64,000 nt of DNA, taken from contig JBNZDD010013686.1 in the NCBI GenBank assembly GCA_050575255.1, positions 5,111,794-5,175,793 on the forward strand, given 5' to 3'. Position numbers and translations under genes: made by a program. Of this stretch, positions 1 through 11,866 are shown one piece after another; the stretch's first letter is position 1; every line of letters begins with the position of its first letter. The stretch is from Harriotta raleighana (Eukaryota). Under the pieces are notes generated by a model that ran no database searches, was not told the origin of the DNA, and worked only from the letters and a program-made list of their open reading frames with translations.

Positions 1-932
1 TAGAATTTGCTCAGTCCTTATATTGCGAGATGCTGTAAAATCACCAGTTGTAAATTTTCGCATCATGAAAAGCATTCCTCCCAACACTCGTTTGTTTTTC
101 CAAATGAAATTTGTTTGATAACAGAATACACAAGAGCAGGTCGCAAATCGCTCCAATTCATCTTTATGTTTCTCGTTGAAATAATAAGTTTATTTTTCAG
201 CACTTGGTTGGAACCCAGGTTGAAACATTATTGTGAATCCGAGTCGTGCCATGTGGTGCCTTGGCTATAGCCACAGATCACCAACTTATTTTAAACTATT
301 GCTGCTATGTGGCTGCACAGTTTGACTAGAGGTTAGACACTGTGCAGTAATGGGTGTCACACCAGGTTGAATTGGTTGGCACAAAATTAAGTAGAGTTAT
401 CCCCAAATCACAAACCCAGCGAACAATTCTTAAACAAAAAACAGAAATAGCTGGGAACACTCAGCGGGTCAGGCAGCATCTATGGAGAAAGGAAAAAGTG
501 AAGCAATGTTTTGGGTCCACTACCCCTTGTCAGAACACTTCTTTAAAGTGCTTTCCTAGGAATTTTTTTTTTTTAATTTCGCACTCAAATGTCTCCATAT
601 GCAGCATAGTGGCAGAGCAAGAAGGGAATGAATGTATGCCATCCATGAGGCACTGACCCAATTATGTATCCCAAACCTTTACTGTTTAATAGATTTCCAT
701 GCTCACAGAATAATCTGTAGAAGGGCTGCCTCCACTGAACCCAGGAGACAGACATTTTATTATGTAGGTTTGGACAAACACACACTCAGATAGCATTAAT
801 TTACATTTCAGCTTCAAACGAGCTGTGAGCTCAGAGGCTGGAGTTGGAATGAGCTGGAGCTCAGTTCACCAGGAACTGAACCGAAGCCTACACCCAACAC
901 TTCAAGATGCTCACACTTGCTTGCAAATTCCT

Positions 933-1247
933 GAGCTCCTCTAGCTCAGTGGTTAGAGCACTCGCCTTACCCGCTTGTGTTCAAATTCAGAAAGATCAGG
1001 GCGAAACCTTGGGCAAATTCCCTTACTCCACGCGCCTAATAATATTAATCCGTCCACAAAAACACAATAATAAATATTGGTCATTTTCAATCCATGACTG
1101 TTTGTGGGACGCTGCTGTGCGCAATTGGCTGCCGCATTTTGCCCACAAATATACAAGTCAATTGACTTTACAGTATATTCTGTGAAGCGCTTTGAGACGT
1201 CTCGATAAGATGTGAAAAGCGCTATATCAAATGCAAGGGTTATTATT
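933..1247 (+). mobile_element. tRNA-derived SINE, near full length (tRNA head, Deu 3' fragment, L2-like tail, (TTA)n)
   Basis: A-box TAGCTCAGTGG at 942-952, B-box-like GTTCAAATTC, body tgtttgtgggacgctgctgtgcgcaattggctgcc; many copies in the window. Confidence 0.9.
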
Positions 1248-1251
1248 GTCA

Positions 1252-1564
1252 TCTCGTTACTCCCTACCTGCTAGCTCCCCATTCTACCACCCGACATCTC
1301 CTGGCTCCGGCCTCCTGCTTTGCCCTTGTCCCTTCAGCTCCATCGTCAGCGGATGGGCCTTCAGATATTACGCCCCCAAAGCTTTGGAACTCTCTTCCTC
1401 GATCCCTCTGCCTTGCCCCTCTTTGCCCATTTCCTGATCGTGCCTGAAGATCTACCTCTTCGACGATGCTGGCAGTCACCTCAGCGTCAGGCTCTGCCAC
1501 TGTTAAAAGCTCTGAGACACTATTCTGTATGAAGGGCACTCCACGCAAGTTGTTGTTGTTGTTG
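1252..1564 (+). mobile_element. L2 LINE 3' end (degenerate)
   Basis: Residual ORF2 C-terminus G.AFRYYAPK.LWNSLP...LKIYLFD with frameshifts, ending in (GTT)n. Confidence 0.8.
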
Positions 1565-2095
1565 CTTATTGAGGGTGGCAACTTCCTCAGATGAGAAATT
1601 TCCCCCAGATCGCGGTCTAAAGGAGAGGAATCAAGGATAGTAATATATGCAAATATCCAAATGTATCACACGAGGGCCATACAAGGTTATTTTTAACGAC
1701 ATTTCGTCATTCACGACGTTTCCATGCTCTAAAGGAGAAGCTCATCACTGCGCAATGAGAGATATCTTTTCATAAGCAATAATAGTTTGAATATAAAATA
1801 TAGCATAACCTGCTGCAATAATTTGCCACATGATTATAATATATAATTGAGTTTCCCTGATAACAATACCCCCTCCATTCTGTGGCGTTGCACTCGCCAC
1901 CATGATTACATTTAGTTTCTAATTCAATCAGCTGTCACCTCCTTACAGTCGCATCCAGATTGAAAGATGTTTAAAAAGTATTTTTCCCAAGTGGATAATC
2001 TTCTTAGATTAACAGATTGCTAACTAATACATTATGCAAGGCATTGCTTAGCAACCATTTACTGCCTGGCAGAATTGGCGTTTCAGGCATCCTAT

Positions 2096-2130
2096 CTATA
2101 TATATATATATATATATAAATATATATATA
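2096..2130. repeat. (TA)n microsatellite
   Basis: Read directly from sequence. Confidence 0.9.
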
Positions 2131-2491
2131 TTGGGTAAAGGATAGCCTGCAGACCACAAGAATTCATTTCACATAAAATTAATACTTCAGTTATGGCTGT
2201 GCAATTTAAATTGGTTGTAAGAGAAAGCAATTGCATATTAAATATTGCATGCATCTAAACGGCAACATATAATAATGACTCTCAGCGGTTATAATGAATC
2301 AATATACTCAGAACAGACCCGTTTTGTATTTTTTTTTTAAAAAATAGCACCCCCACCCCATTTATGATCAATATACCGATCGAGACAACTGCACATCATT
2401 CCGACTAGAACATATCACTAGCTAAGCTTCTGTGAGCATGGAATGGAAAGTGAAAGTGAGCATCGCTTTGATCTGCACTGTTGCAAGTCAG

Positions 2492-2758
2492 TAAGGTTCC
2501 TTGCTCCACACGCCTGATAATAATTCCTCAACAAATAAATTGGTCACCTCAATCCCAGTTTGTGGGACACTGTGGTGCGCAATTGGCTGCCGCGTTTCGC
2601 CCCCACTAATATTCAATCAATTCGCTGTTCAGTTTATTCGGTGAACTACTTTTAAATGTCAAGAAGATGTGAAAAGCGCTGTATCAAATGCAAGGATTCT
2701 TATATCAAATGCAAGTAAAACAAGTGCACGTATTATATCAAATGCAAGTATTATTATT
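2492..2758 (+). mobile_element. 5'-truncated SINE copy with reiterated tail
   Basis: Matches the 933-1247 body and tail; tatcaaatgcaag occurs three times. Confidence 0.8.
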
Positions 2759-3074
2759 AAGTCTGCTCTGTGATCCTGGAAGTTCCTTTACTGGAATACA
2801 ATACATCTGCATTGTCGTTAGTGCAGGGTAGACATTGAGTCCATTGATGGCAGATTTTAGCAAGATCTTTAAGCAATATCTAAGGTGTGAGAAAGAGGTC
2901 ATGTTACCATTGAGGATTCCTTAAAGCTGCTGTGTGATATTGATTTGTCTCTGTAATGTGATATTTAATTAAATTCTCATTGTGCCTGGCAATCGTCCGT
3001 GAAACAACGCGACGGCAATCCCACACTTGTGGACTTGCGGAGTAACTCGGATTTACTCTTATGTGTTTTATGCA

Positions 3075-3395
3075 GTGTTCAGGGCATAAGAGGCTGCTTC
3101 GGCCCTCAAGTAGGTACAGAAGAGAGCAATGGGGCTGGTCCCACAGTATTGGATTGATGAGCAGTTAGAAACAACTCAATTAGCTAGAGCTCTTCAGCCA
3201 TGAAGCTTGTCTCAGAGGAGAGCTTGTATATAAAGCTAAACAGAATAGAGAAAATAATGCTCAAAGATTATTTTCAGATATGCCAAGGCACAGGGACAAC
3301 AGTTTCAGGGTTGTGAAGAACACAAGGAAGATCAGCATCCAAGAGAGGTTACAAGGAATAATGGTCGAAGCCAATGGTGTGAAATCCTTTAAGAT
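3075..3395 (+). mobile_element. Old CR1 LINE 3' fragment
   Basis: Degenerate VQKRA..LVP / ELFS / RGEL / VEANGVKSFK remnants typical of the CR1 ORF2 end. Confidence 0.5.
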
Positions 3396-3429
3396 TTCCT
3401 GTTTTCCTTCCCCCTAACCCGACCCCTCC

Positions 3430-3663
3430 CCTTGCCATCTTTCCCCCCTTTCTCCCCTAACCCCACTTCTATAACCGCTTGTGGGACACTGCTGTGTGCA
3501 ATTTGGCTGCCGCGTTTGGCCCACAAATATACAGTCAATTTTTCCTACTTTCGTTCCCCCGACCCCTCCCCCACCGCGCTCTGATCCCTACTTGAATGTA
3601 CAGTGCCTTGGGACGTCCTCCCGATGTGAAAAGCACTATATAAATGCAATTTGGATTGATTGA
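3430..3663 (+). mobile_element. Second retroposon family (pyrimidine-rich head, Deu fragment, L2-like tail ending in (TTGA)n)
   Basis: Homologous to the minus-strand copies at 38769-38996 and 43337-43504. Confidence 0.75.
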
Positions 3664-5773
3664 AACAGTTTGATGCTATAACGAGAAGATGACAGGGTTG
3701 AGAGTTCTGGAAGGATGAAATTACCAGAATTGAAAGGACCTCTTCATCACAAACCTCTTGTGATGTTGTGAAGAGCTATGTAGATATTTTAGGTTGCTCG
3801 TGAACCAGTGTGACAGGTCACTTATGGAAGTTGATAAACAATACTGTATTAGAAATCTGCTGGGGAAATGCATGGATTTTTTTTTGTGAGCTTTGATTTG
3901 TAATTGACAAGGCTGTGATCACTCCTTTGCCAATTTGGATCGAGACAGGTTTGTGAGTATCATGTAAATCCAGTTTATTAAGGTGACATACAAAGAAATA
4001 CAAGCATGCTTGTTTTTATTTTAATTTAGTTGATGCAGCTGAGTATTTTACTGCACTCTGATTGATATTTTTCATATCCAAAATAAATACAATTCGCTCT
4101 CAAGCGAAAGAACAGTCAGTCAAAAGTGGAATGCAAAGCTTCACGTTGGCTATTTTAATAGAATATTTCATTGGCGACAGTCAAGTTCCTGGTTCTCATA
4201 GGTTATAGAGGACAAACATGAAGTCTCCAGTGAGGGTATGGTACAAATCAAGAGTGAATGAAACTCTCATGGAGATGAATCATCATTGGTGAGGTGCTTG
4301 GTATCTTGATGTTATCAAGACTTAAACCCCACAGTTTATAAATACACTAATTGCCAATTTAGATCAAAATTTTAATACTTAGACTTTAACAAAACAACAA
4401 GGCCTATTTTATACAAAATAAGTGTCAATTCTTTTTCACCTCTATTTTTGTGGGGATATTGCACCTTGAAAATCCTTCAGCCCCTTAACTGTACAGAACA
4501 CAGAAACTGAAGGGCAATAAACATCTTACCTTCTCTCTATCTCTTCCCAACAGCTTAGTGAAAACCTCCAAGCCATGTGTTTTCACCCAGCAGTGGGGGT
4601 TATATTTAAGGATTACATGACAACCTAAAGTTGATATTCGGCATCATTCCCTCCACATCTCCGGGTGAAGGTTTTTACGGGAATGTTTAGGAGGAGAATC
4701 CAGCAGAAAGTTCCTGTTAACTTTTCAAGGAAAACGTCATTGCGACACAGACTGCAAACGCTTCATATTTCCTGAAAGTCTTCACTCGCTGAACGTTTGA
4801 AGATTGATGCTAGCGTCCAGCTGGCCTTTCTTCCAGATCACTGATTGGAAATCCAGCTAATGTATGAAGGTCCCATTTCACTTGCTGTTGAGGAGTTACA
4901 TCAACAAAACACACAACATTCCTAGGATAAACAAAGGCCTGTGATTACTTGTTACTTTCTATGATTTATTCTGTCGCACGCCGTAGTTAGGTACAGACTT
5001 GCAGTCTGTCTGTCACTGAAGGAACAAGCTCTCAGACCTTTTTAGAAACGTGAGCCCACAGGGGAATGGGTTTCAATTACAGTGCTGATTTGAAGGACCA
5101 ATTCTGGTGGATTAACAGAGGTCATGAATTAGAAATCAGGCCATTTGATGGTTGTGTCACAAGGTTTTGTTAGTCTGGTGGGGGTGGGGGCGGAGAGGGA
5201 TGGAAGCTGGGCAAAGAAAGAATGTAAGAAATGGGTGGGAGGGAGGGAAGGGAGAAGGCTAGGAGTTTATTGAAATGATAAAATAATGGGCAGTAAATTA
5301 GATTTCTTGCTGAGCTAGTTAGTACAATACATCAATGGGAACATTAATCAACAGCATGATTGAGTGATGTGCTCCAGAACTTGGATGCATTGATGTGGCT
5401 TGAGCTGCAACTAGAATTCAAATTGATGGGTTGATCCAGCTGTAGAGGTTTTCATTCGATCAATAACTACTTTTGGAGATGGTGTAAAGGGAAACTCGAG
5501 GCTGCGTTTGAATGCCTATGTGACCACGCCCAATTTCAGTTCTAAAGACTGCGGCCAATGCAACAACAACAACAACAAAATTATACTTGGAATAAGGTTG
5601 AACAGATTGAAAAAATCCAAATGTCACCCCATTTAACAACAACAACAAATGTTTGCATTTATATAAACTCCCTTCAAGTGAGTAGAGTCTGTGATCGCTG
5701 AACATCAGTTAGAATATTATCTAGAATGTGGTCATACCCAGTGCCAGGCTGTTTATTCAGATGCTAACAGATA

Positions 5774-5880
5774 TTTCGCCCACAAATATATAGTCAATTC
5801 ACTTTACAGTATATTCTGTGAAGCGCTTTGAGACGTCTAGAAGACATGAAAAGCACTATATCAAAATGGAAGGATTATTT
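5774..5880 (+). mobile_element. SINE 3' fragment
   Basis: tttcgcccacaaatata...gtgaagcgctttgagacgtc...ggattatt. Confidence 0.8.
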
Positions 5881-6196
5881 TTAGAAATAAAACTGCACTG
5901 AATAGATAGGAATAGACTGTGTTCACCTTAAATTCAGTGTTAAATTGACTTTAGTACCAATGCTTGCTCACTCACTGAAAACAAACCCGTTCTTTCGATG
6001 TGATAATCTCATGGCTAGACAGCACACTTCTCTAAGGAATATACCACTAATATCAATGTCTGACCCAACCCAGACTTCTAGATATTTAATTTCAAAAAAA
6101 ACTTTTTATAACAAATTTATACCCACTTATCAAATGCAAATCCAGGAAACCTTGACTTGCCAATGTTAACGTTTCAGTTGCAAATTCAGCAGTATA

Positions 6197-6535
6197 CAGT
6201 AAAACTTTGTTTATCCGTGACTTGAATAATCGGAAAACCTGTTCAACCGCCACCTCAAAAAAAGTCCCGATTCGATTAACCGGAAGTTACCGGTGACGTG
6301 CTTAATGTCGGGTCTAAACTCGTTCCGGATCCTTTTAAAGTCGAGGTTTTTTTATACCTCGTTCGCATGAGTTGGGAGCATGGGCTCCAAAGGGGTGTGT
6401 CTCTCTCTCTCTCTCCCCCAATCACAGTCTCTCTCTCACACTCTCTCTCCCCCAATCAGTCTCTCTCTCAGTCTCTCTCTCTCAGTGTCTCTCTCACCCC
6501 CAATCACAGTCTCTCTCTCTCCCCCCCCCCCGATC

Positions 6536-6574
<39 letters not shown>

Positions 6575-6703
6575 CTCTCTCTCTCCCAATCAAGTCTTTC
6601 TCTCTCAGTCTCTCTCTATGAGTCTGAGATGGGGGAAAGCATAATGGAGCGAGAGAGAGAATGGCAGGCAAATTGATGCAGAGAGAGAGAGAGGNGATCA
6701 CAG

Positions 6704-6734
<31 letters not shown>

Positions 6735-7260
6735 CTCTCTCTCTCCCAATCAAGTCTTTCTCTCTCAGTCTCTCTCTATGAGTCTGAGATGGGGGAAAGC
6801 ATAATGGAGCGAGAGAGAGAATGGCAGGCAAATTGATGCAGAGAGAGAGAGAGGGAGAGAGGAGAAAGGGAGGTTGGGGGGTGAGGATTATGGACAAAAT
6901 TTATATGATGGATACAGACTGAATATCTTTGAAGATCTGTGTGTGTGTCTATGTGTGTGTGTCTATGTGTGTCTGTCTCTGTGTGTATGTGCTGGTCATT
7001 AGGCCTAAACTCGTTGCTTTTTAAAGTCGCGTTTTGTTTTACCTCCCGTCGAATCAGTGCTGCAATTGTGAAGTTAAATATAAATAATAATGTACTAATA
7101 GAATATTCTGTTATTATTTAGTCTATTATTAATAGGGTATGTGTTAAAATAATTTTTTATTAAAAAAAATATATATTTTTGAAAAATCCGTTCAACTGGA
7201 AAAACTGTATAATCGCCCCTGGCCAGGTCCCATGGGTGCCGGATAAACGAGGTTTTACTG
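6197..7260. mobile_element. Non-autonomous Tc1/mariner-superfamily (pogo/Tigger-like) MITE with an internal (CT)/(GA)/(GT) simple-repeat block
   Basis: TA|CAGTAAAACTTTGTTTATCCG ... CGGATAAACGAGGTTTTACTG|TA; arms homologous to 44180-44711. Confidence 0.87.
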
Positions 7261-7329
7261 TATAATGGGATCCATCTCCTAGCAGGGAGACAAATTATTA
7301 TGGTATCTGGCTTTGATATTCCATGTTCG

Positions 7330-8300
7330 AACAACAACAACAACAACAACAANNNNNNNNNNNNNNNNNNNNNNNNNNNNNNNNNNNNNNNNNNNNNNNN
7401 NNNNNNNNNNNNNNNNNNNNNNNNNNNNNNNNNNNNNNNNNNNNNNNNNNNNNNNNNNNNNNNNNNNNNNNNNNNNNNNNNNNNNNNNNNNNNNNNNNNN
7501 NNNNNNNNNNNNNNNNNNNNNNNNNNNNNNNNNNNNNNNNNNNNNNNNNNNNNNNNNNNNNNNNNNNNNNNNNNNNNNNNNNNNNNNNNNNNNNNNNNNN
7601 NNNNNNNNNNNNNNNNNNNNNNNNNNNNNNNNNNNNNNNNNNNNNNNNNNNNNNNNNNNNNNNNNNNNNNNNNNNNNNNNNNNNNNNNNNNNNNNNNNNN
7701 NNNNNNNNNNNNNNNNNNNNNNNNNNNNNNNNNNNNNNNNNNNNNNNNNNNNNNNNNNNNNNNNNNNNNNNNNNNNNNNNNNNNNNNNNNNNNNNNNNNN
7801 NNNNNNNNNNNNNNNNNNNNNNNNNNNNNNNNNNNNNNNNNNNNNNNNNNNNNNNNNNNNNNNNNNNNNNNNNNNNNNNNNNNNNNNNNNNNNNNNNNNN
7901 NNNNNNNNNNNNNNNNNNNNNNNNNNNNNNNNNNNNNNNNNNNNNNNNNNNNNNNNNNNNNNNNNNNNNNNNNNNNNNNNNNNNNNNNNNNNNNNNNNNN
8001 NNNNNNNNNNNNNNNNNNNNNNNNNNNGAGGACAGGCGGTGCAGGAGGATAGAGTGGTCGACCGTATCGAATGCGGCCGATAGGTCGAGGAGGACGAGGA
8101 GGCAGAGGGAGCCCTGGTCACAGATGGTCAGGATGTCATTGGTGACCTTGACCAGGGCAGTTTCCGTGCTGTGGGCAGCACGGAAACCCGACTGGAGGGG
8201 TTCGAGGAGTGAGTGGGTGGAGAGGAAAGAGCGCAGCTGGGAGGCGACAACTCTTTCCAGAACCTTGGACAGGAAGGGGAGGTTGGAGATGGGTCGGTAG
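7330..8300 (-). mobile_element. 5'-truncated L2-clade LINE spanning an assembly gap
   Basis: 8300-8029 reads [90 protein letters not shown] (RT domain, no stops); (AAC)n at 7330-7352 fits the reverse (GTT)n tail. Confidence 0.9.
7353..8028. other. Assembly gap
   Basis: Run of Ns. Confidence 0.99.
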
Positions 8301-9128
8301 CTTAAACAAGGTCAGTAAGCAGCCTTCCTCTGTGAATCAATTGACATAGCGTGGAAGGCTCTGTTTTCTTAGTAACAGGTTTGTGATTAGAAGGGCCGGC
8401 CAGATATGTTAAACTCCAAATTTTACTATTAAATACTACAAGGTTTTTGTCCTTAAAATGCAATTTTAGTCTGCAACTCTGCCAAATTTATTGCACGGAT
8501 TTTTGTAAAATCCTGCTTCTTCTCGCCGGAGGGGCTGGATGGATAGAGTTCACTCCAGAAATGTAATTTTCCCTTTTTTTCCCTGCCCCCCCTTTTCCCC
8601 TTCAAATTCCATTCAATTCAGCACAGACCCACAGAGACACAAACATTTTACATTTTTTGAACAAAGGGCAGGAGGGGAGATTATCTATTTAGATAATCAT
8701 ACATGAAGTAATTCATAGGTTAGGGCAAATGCAAGGAATTAGGTCATGTATAAATTAAGGCTATGGTAGACTTATAATTACGGTTATTTTGTAAGATGTA
8801 AGGGCAACCAACAAAAGTTGGTTGCCTGCCAGCTATGAGATCAGAGTCCGAACTTGTTGTAGGATCTGGAGTTCACTAACTTGGCTCAGTGCCCTGTTTT
8901 TATAATGGAAATTTGCAACACAAGAATTGCAGCACGTGTGATAATAAAGGTAATGCACATACTCCTTTATGTTAACCAGGGCTACGGGCAAAAAAATGTC
9001 TGGGTACATACGAGTCCTGATCAATTAAAGATTACACACATTTAGACCTACAGTGAGTAGTATTTAATTCCTGAAATTGATTAAAATAGAGGAACCCATA
9101 GAAAATATGACATGGTCCCATGTGATGT

Positions 9129-9660
9129 AATCCTTGTATTTGATAATAATAATAATAATCCTTGCATTTGATATAGCGCTTTTCACATCTTATCAACGTC
9201 CCAAAGCGCTTCACAGAATATGCTGTAAAGTGAATTGACTGTATATTTGTGGGGAACGCGGCAGCCAATTGCGCACAGCAGCGTCCCACAAACAGTCATG
9301 AATTGAAATGACCAATTTTATTATTGTTGTTTTTTTGGAGGGATTATTATTAGGCATGTGGAGTAAGGAAACTTGCCCAAGGTTTCGCCCTGATCTGCCT
9401 GGATTCGAACACAGGCCTCATGCTTGTAAGGCATGTAAGGCAAGTGCTCTAACCACTGAGCCACAGGAGCTCCAATAATAATGCTTCTCACATCCTCTGG
9501 ACGTCTCAAAGCACTTCACAGAATGTACTGTAAAGTGAATTGATTGTATATTTGTGGGAGAAACCCGGCCCCCAATTGTGCACAGCTGTATCCCACAAAC
9601 AGTCGCGAATTGAAATGACCAATTTATTATTCTAATGGTTTTTTTTGGAAGGATTATCAT
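9129..9660 (-). mobile_element. Full-length SINE (9143-9473) nested in an older SINE (9129-9142 plus 9474-9660)
   Basis: Reverse complement of the SINE seen at 933-1247; the older copy's tail is interrupted by the younger copy. Confidence 0.85.
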
Positions 9661-9981
9661 TGTGTTTTTAACAACAGGACAGGTGTGCATTGTGGGCTTA
9701 GAGCATCTCACAAGCAGTGTGATCCATTCGATTATTTTTGAGATATTAAGTTTGCACTGAAGATAATGTATGGTTTTGCTACCAGTAAATGCTGTTCACC
9801 ACACACAGAGAATTAAACACACACACACACACGAATGTAAACGAGGAATGCTCTCTCACACTTTGATGACATCAATCTTAAATAGAGTATAATAAAGGTA
9901 GAAAATAAAATCCTAATTAGAGAAATTAAACCCTGAATGCTGCTGTATTTTTGAGGGGAGGTGGGACTTATGACATATAAA

Positions 9982-10178
9982 ACAATAATAAATTGGTCAT
10001 TCAATCCACAACTGTTTGTGGGACACTGCTGTACACAATTGGCTGCTGTGTTTCGCCCAAGTACGTATATGCAGTCAATTCACTTGACAGTGTATTCTGT
10101 GAAGTGCTTTGAGACTTCCAGAAGATGTGAAAAGCGCCTTATCAACTGCAAGGATTATTATGTAATACGATTATTATT
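9982..10178 (+). mobile_element. 5'-truncated SINE
   Basis: Body and tail match the SINE family. Confidence 0.82.
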
Positions 10179-11800
10179 AAAATGCAAAATTCCAAAATAG
10201 AAATTCAGATGAAGAAGGACCTCCGCAACAAGTATTACTTGGTAACATAAATAAGCACTACCTTCATAAGCTCTGAATAATATTCTGCGGGATGAAGAAT
10301 GGAGGCTATATTTCGCTTGCATGATATTATGATATCACATGCATTTCTCAAAATATTACAATGGAGAGTAGAATTTATAAACAACGAAACAGCCTGAGCA
10401 GCCACCAGTAACAGCCCCTTGCGCAGTTGACTTTACAAACAACAGAAAAACGCCACCAGGCTTTACTGGAGGATATTCCATCCTGTACTGTCAAAGAAAA
10501 AGTTAAAACGTTGGAGATTGCCAGGCGTTTCCGCTCCACAAGCACAGCGCACCTCCTACTGGCAATTCAGCAAGATGCAAGCGCAATTACAACAGACCAA
10601 AATGGATTACGTACAGCGTTAGAGCGCAGAAACCGACCATTTAGCCAAACACGTCGTTGCCCGTGTTTATACTCCAATGAGCCACAATTCACCTATTCTC
10701 CACACTATTCCCTTCTCCCCAGTGCCTTGGGACTTCCTCCTGATGTGAAAGGCGCTGTGCAAATGTAATTTGTTGCTCTAACGCATCAAGCTTTCTCTTG
10801 AACTGCAGCTCCTAGTACTGAGTGACACATTTTCACCAGGTCTGTACATAAAACGGTTCATCTTAAACTCCCTTTGCATCTGCAAACTGGATATCTCACA
10901 AGCATAAGTTTAAACAGAGATCACCGGGAGAGTTTAGCGGAGAAATGCTTTAACCTCATTACATAAAGGCAAGAGGATTCGTTGCAAAAAGGCGTGTGTA
11001 AGGGAAAGAAAATTCTACGTAGAATGATAAGGATCTTGCATTAACTTCCTGAAAAAAGTTTACCAAGCCAGTATTATTAAACGATTTGGATATATCCTTC
11101 CACTGCTGAAGGTGTGATATCAATGCAAATTCCAATTTGTATTTCTGATAAAGTTCTCCCTTTACCCAGTCCCTTGACTTGCCTCCGGACCTGTCTGCGT
11201 CTTCAAATATTCGGCTGATTCCTTTCCGTAAGCTTTCCTTTAATTATAATTCACATCATAGCTTGAAAGATGTTACAAAAGTATTGATTGCGAGCGCAGT
11301 TTGTAGTCTTAGAACATTGTTCAGCAGATTCCGTCAGGTAAATGCACTCGGGAGTGAGAATGTGCAGAACACTTGGGGGGTGGGGGGGAATGTTGAATAT
11401 TGATTCAAGACTGTATTGTGGCAGAGCCGTAGAATACTCTGACCACGGGCTATAAAACAAACAACAACAACAGCAACTTTGATTCATATAGTGCTCTCCA
11501 CGCCGGACGGCGTCCCAGCATGTGCAAGAATTCGATCTTTGCAAGCCGGGCAAGTTGGGTTACAATCAGGAGATATGCTCAGAGATTGGAAGGGCTGAGC
11601 TACCAAGAGGTCAGGCATTGCTGGAAAAACTCCCCCCCCCCCCCCCCCCCCCCACCCCCTACCGCGCCCTCCAATTAACTGGGAAGAGTTGCCAGACATG
11701 GCAGAGAATTGCAGTGGCTTTTTGGTTGATTATCAATGCGATTTTCATGTCGTGTGATGTGAATGTTGCTCCCTGACAACTGATCTTTGTTCCCTCTTAG

Positions 11801-11866
11801 TTCTAGGTGACAATGACTACGATTGGGACTTGGCCGACGGCTTCGACGATGTAACACCAAAGCGAC
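11801..11866 (+). CDS. CD99L2: CD99L2 exon (LGDNDYDWDLADGFDDVTPKR)
   Basis: tccctcttag acceptor, gtaagt donor, 66 nt, first acidic D-W-D-L-A-D motif. Confidence 0.82.

Noticed and set aside
6532-6854. About 160-bp tandem duplication inside the MITE
   Set aside because: The junction coincides with an ambiguous base near 6695 (X in the ORF track), the same signature as the other unmerged overlaps.
6298-6897. SLSLSL/ERERER ORFs
   Set aside because: Translations of (CT)n/(GA)n repeats inside a MITE.
7279-8300. Long ORFs of 250-325 aa in the ORF track
   Set aside because: They are mostly translated Ns; the real coding remnant is the minus-strand L2 RT fragment.
1-11800. Search for the CD99L2 signal-peptide exon 1
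   Set aside because: No ATG-initiated hydrophobic exon with a phase-1 donor or CpG island found; it probably lies upstream of the window.
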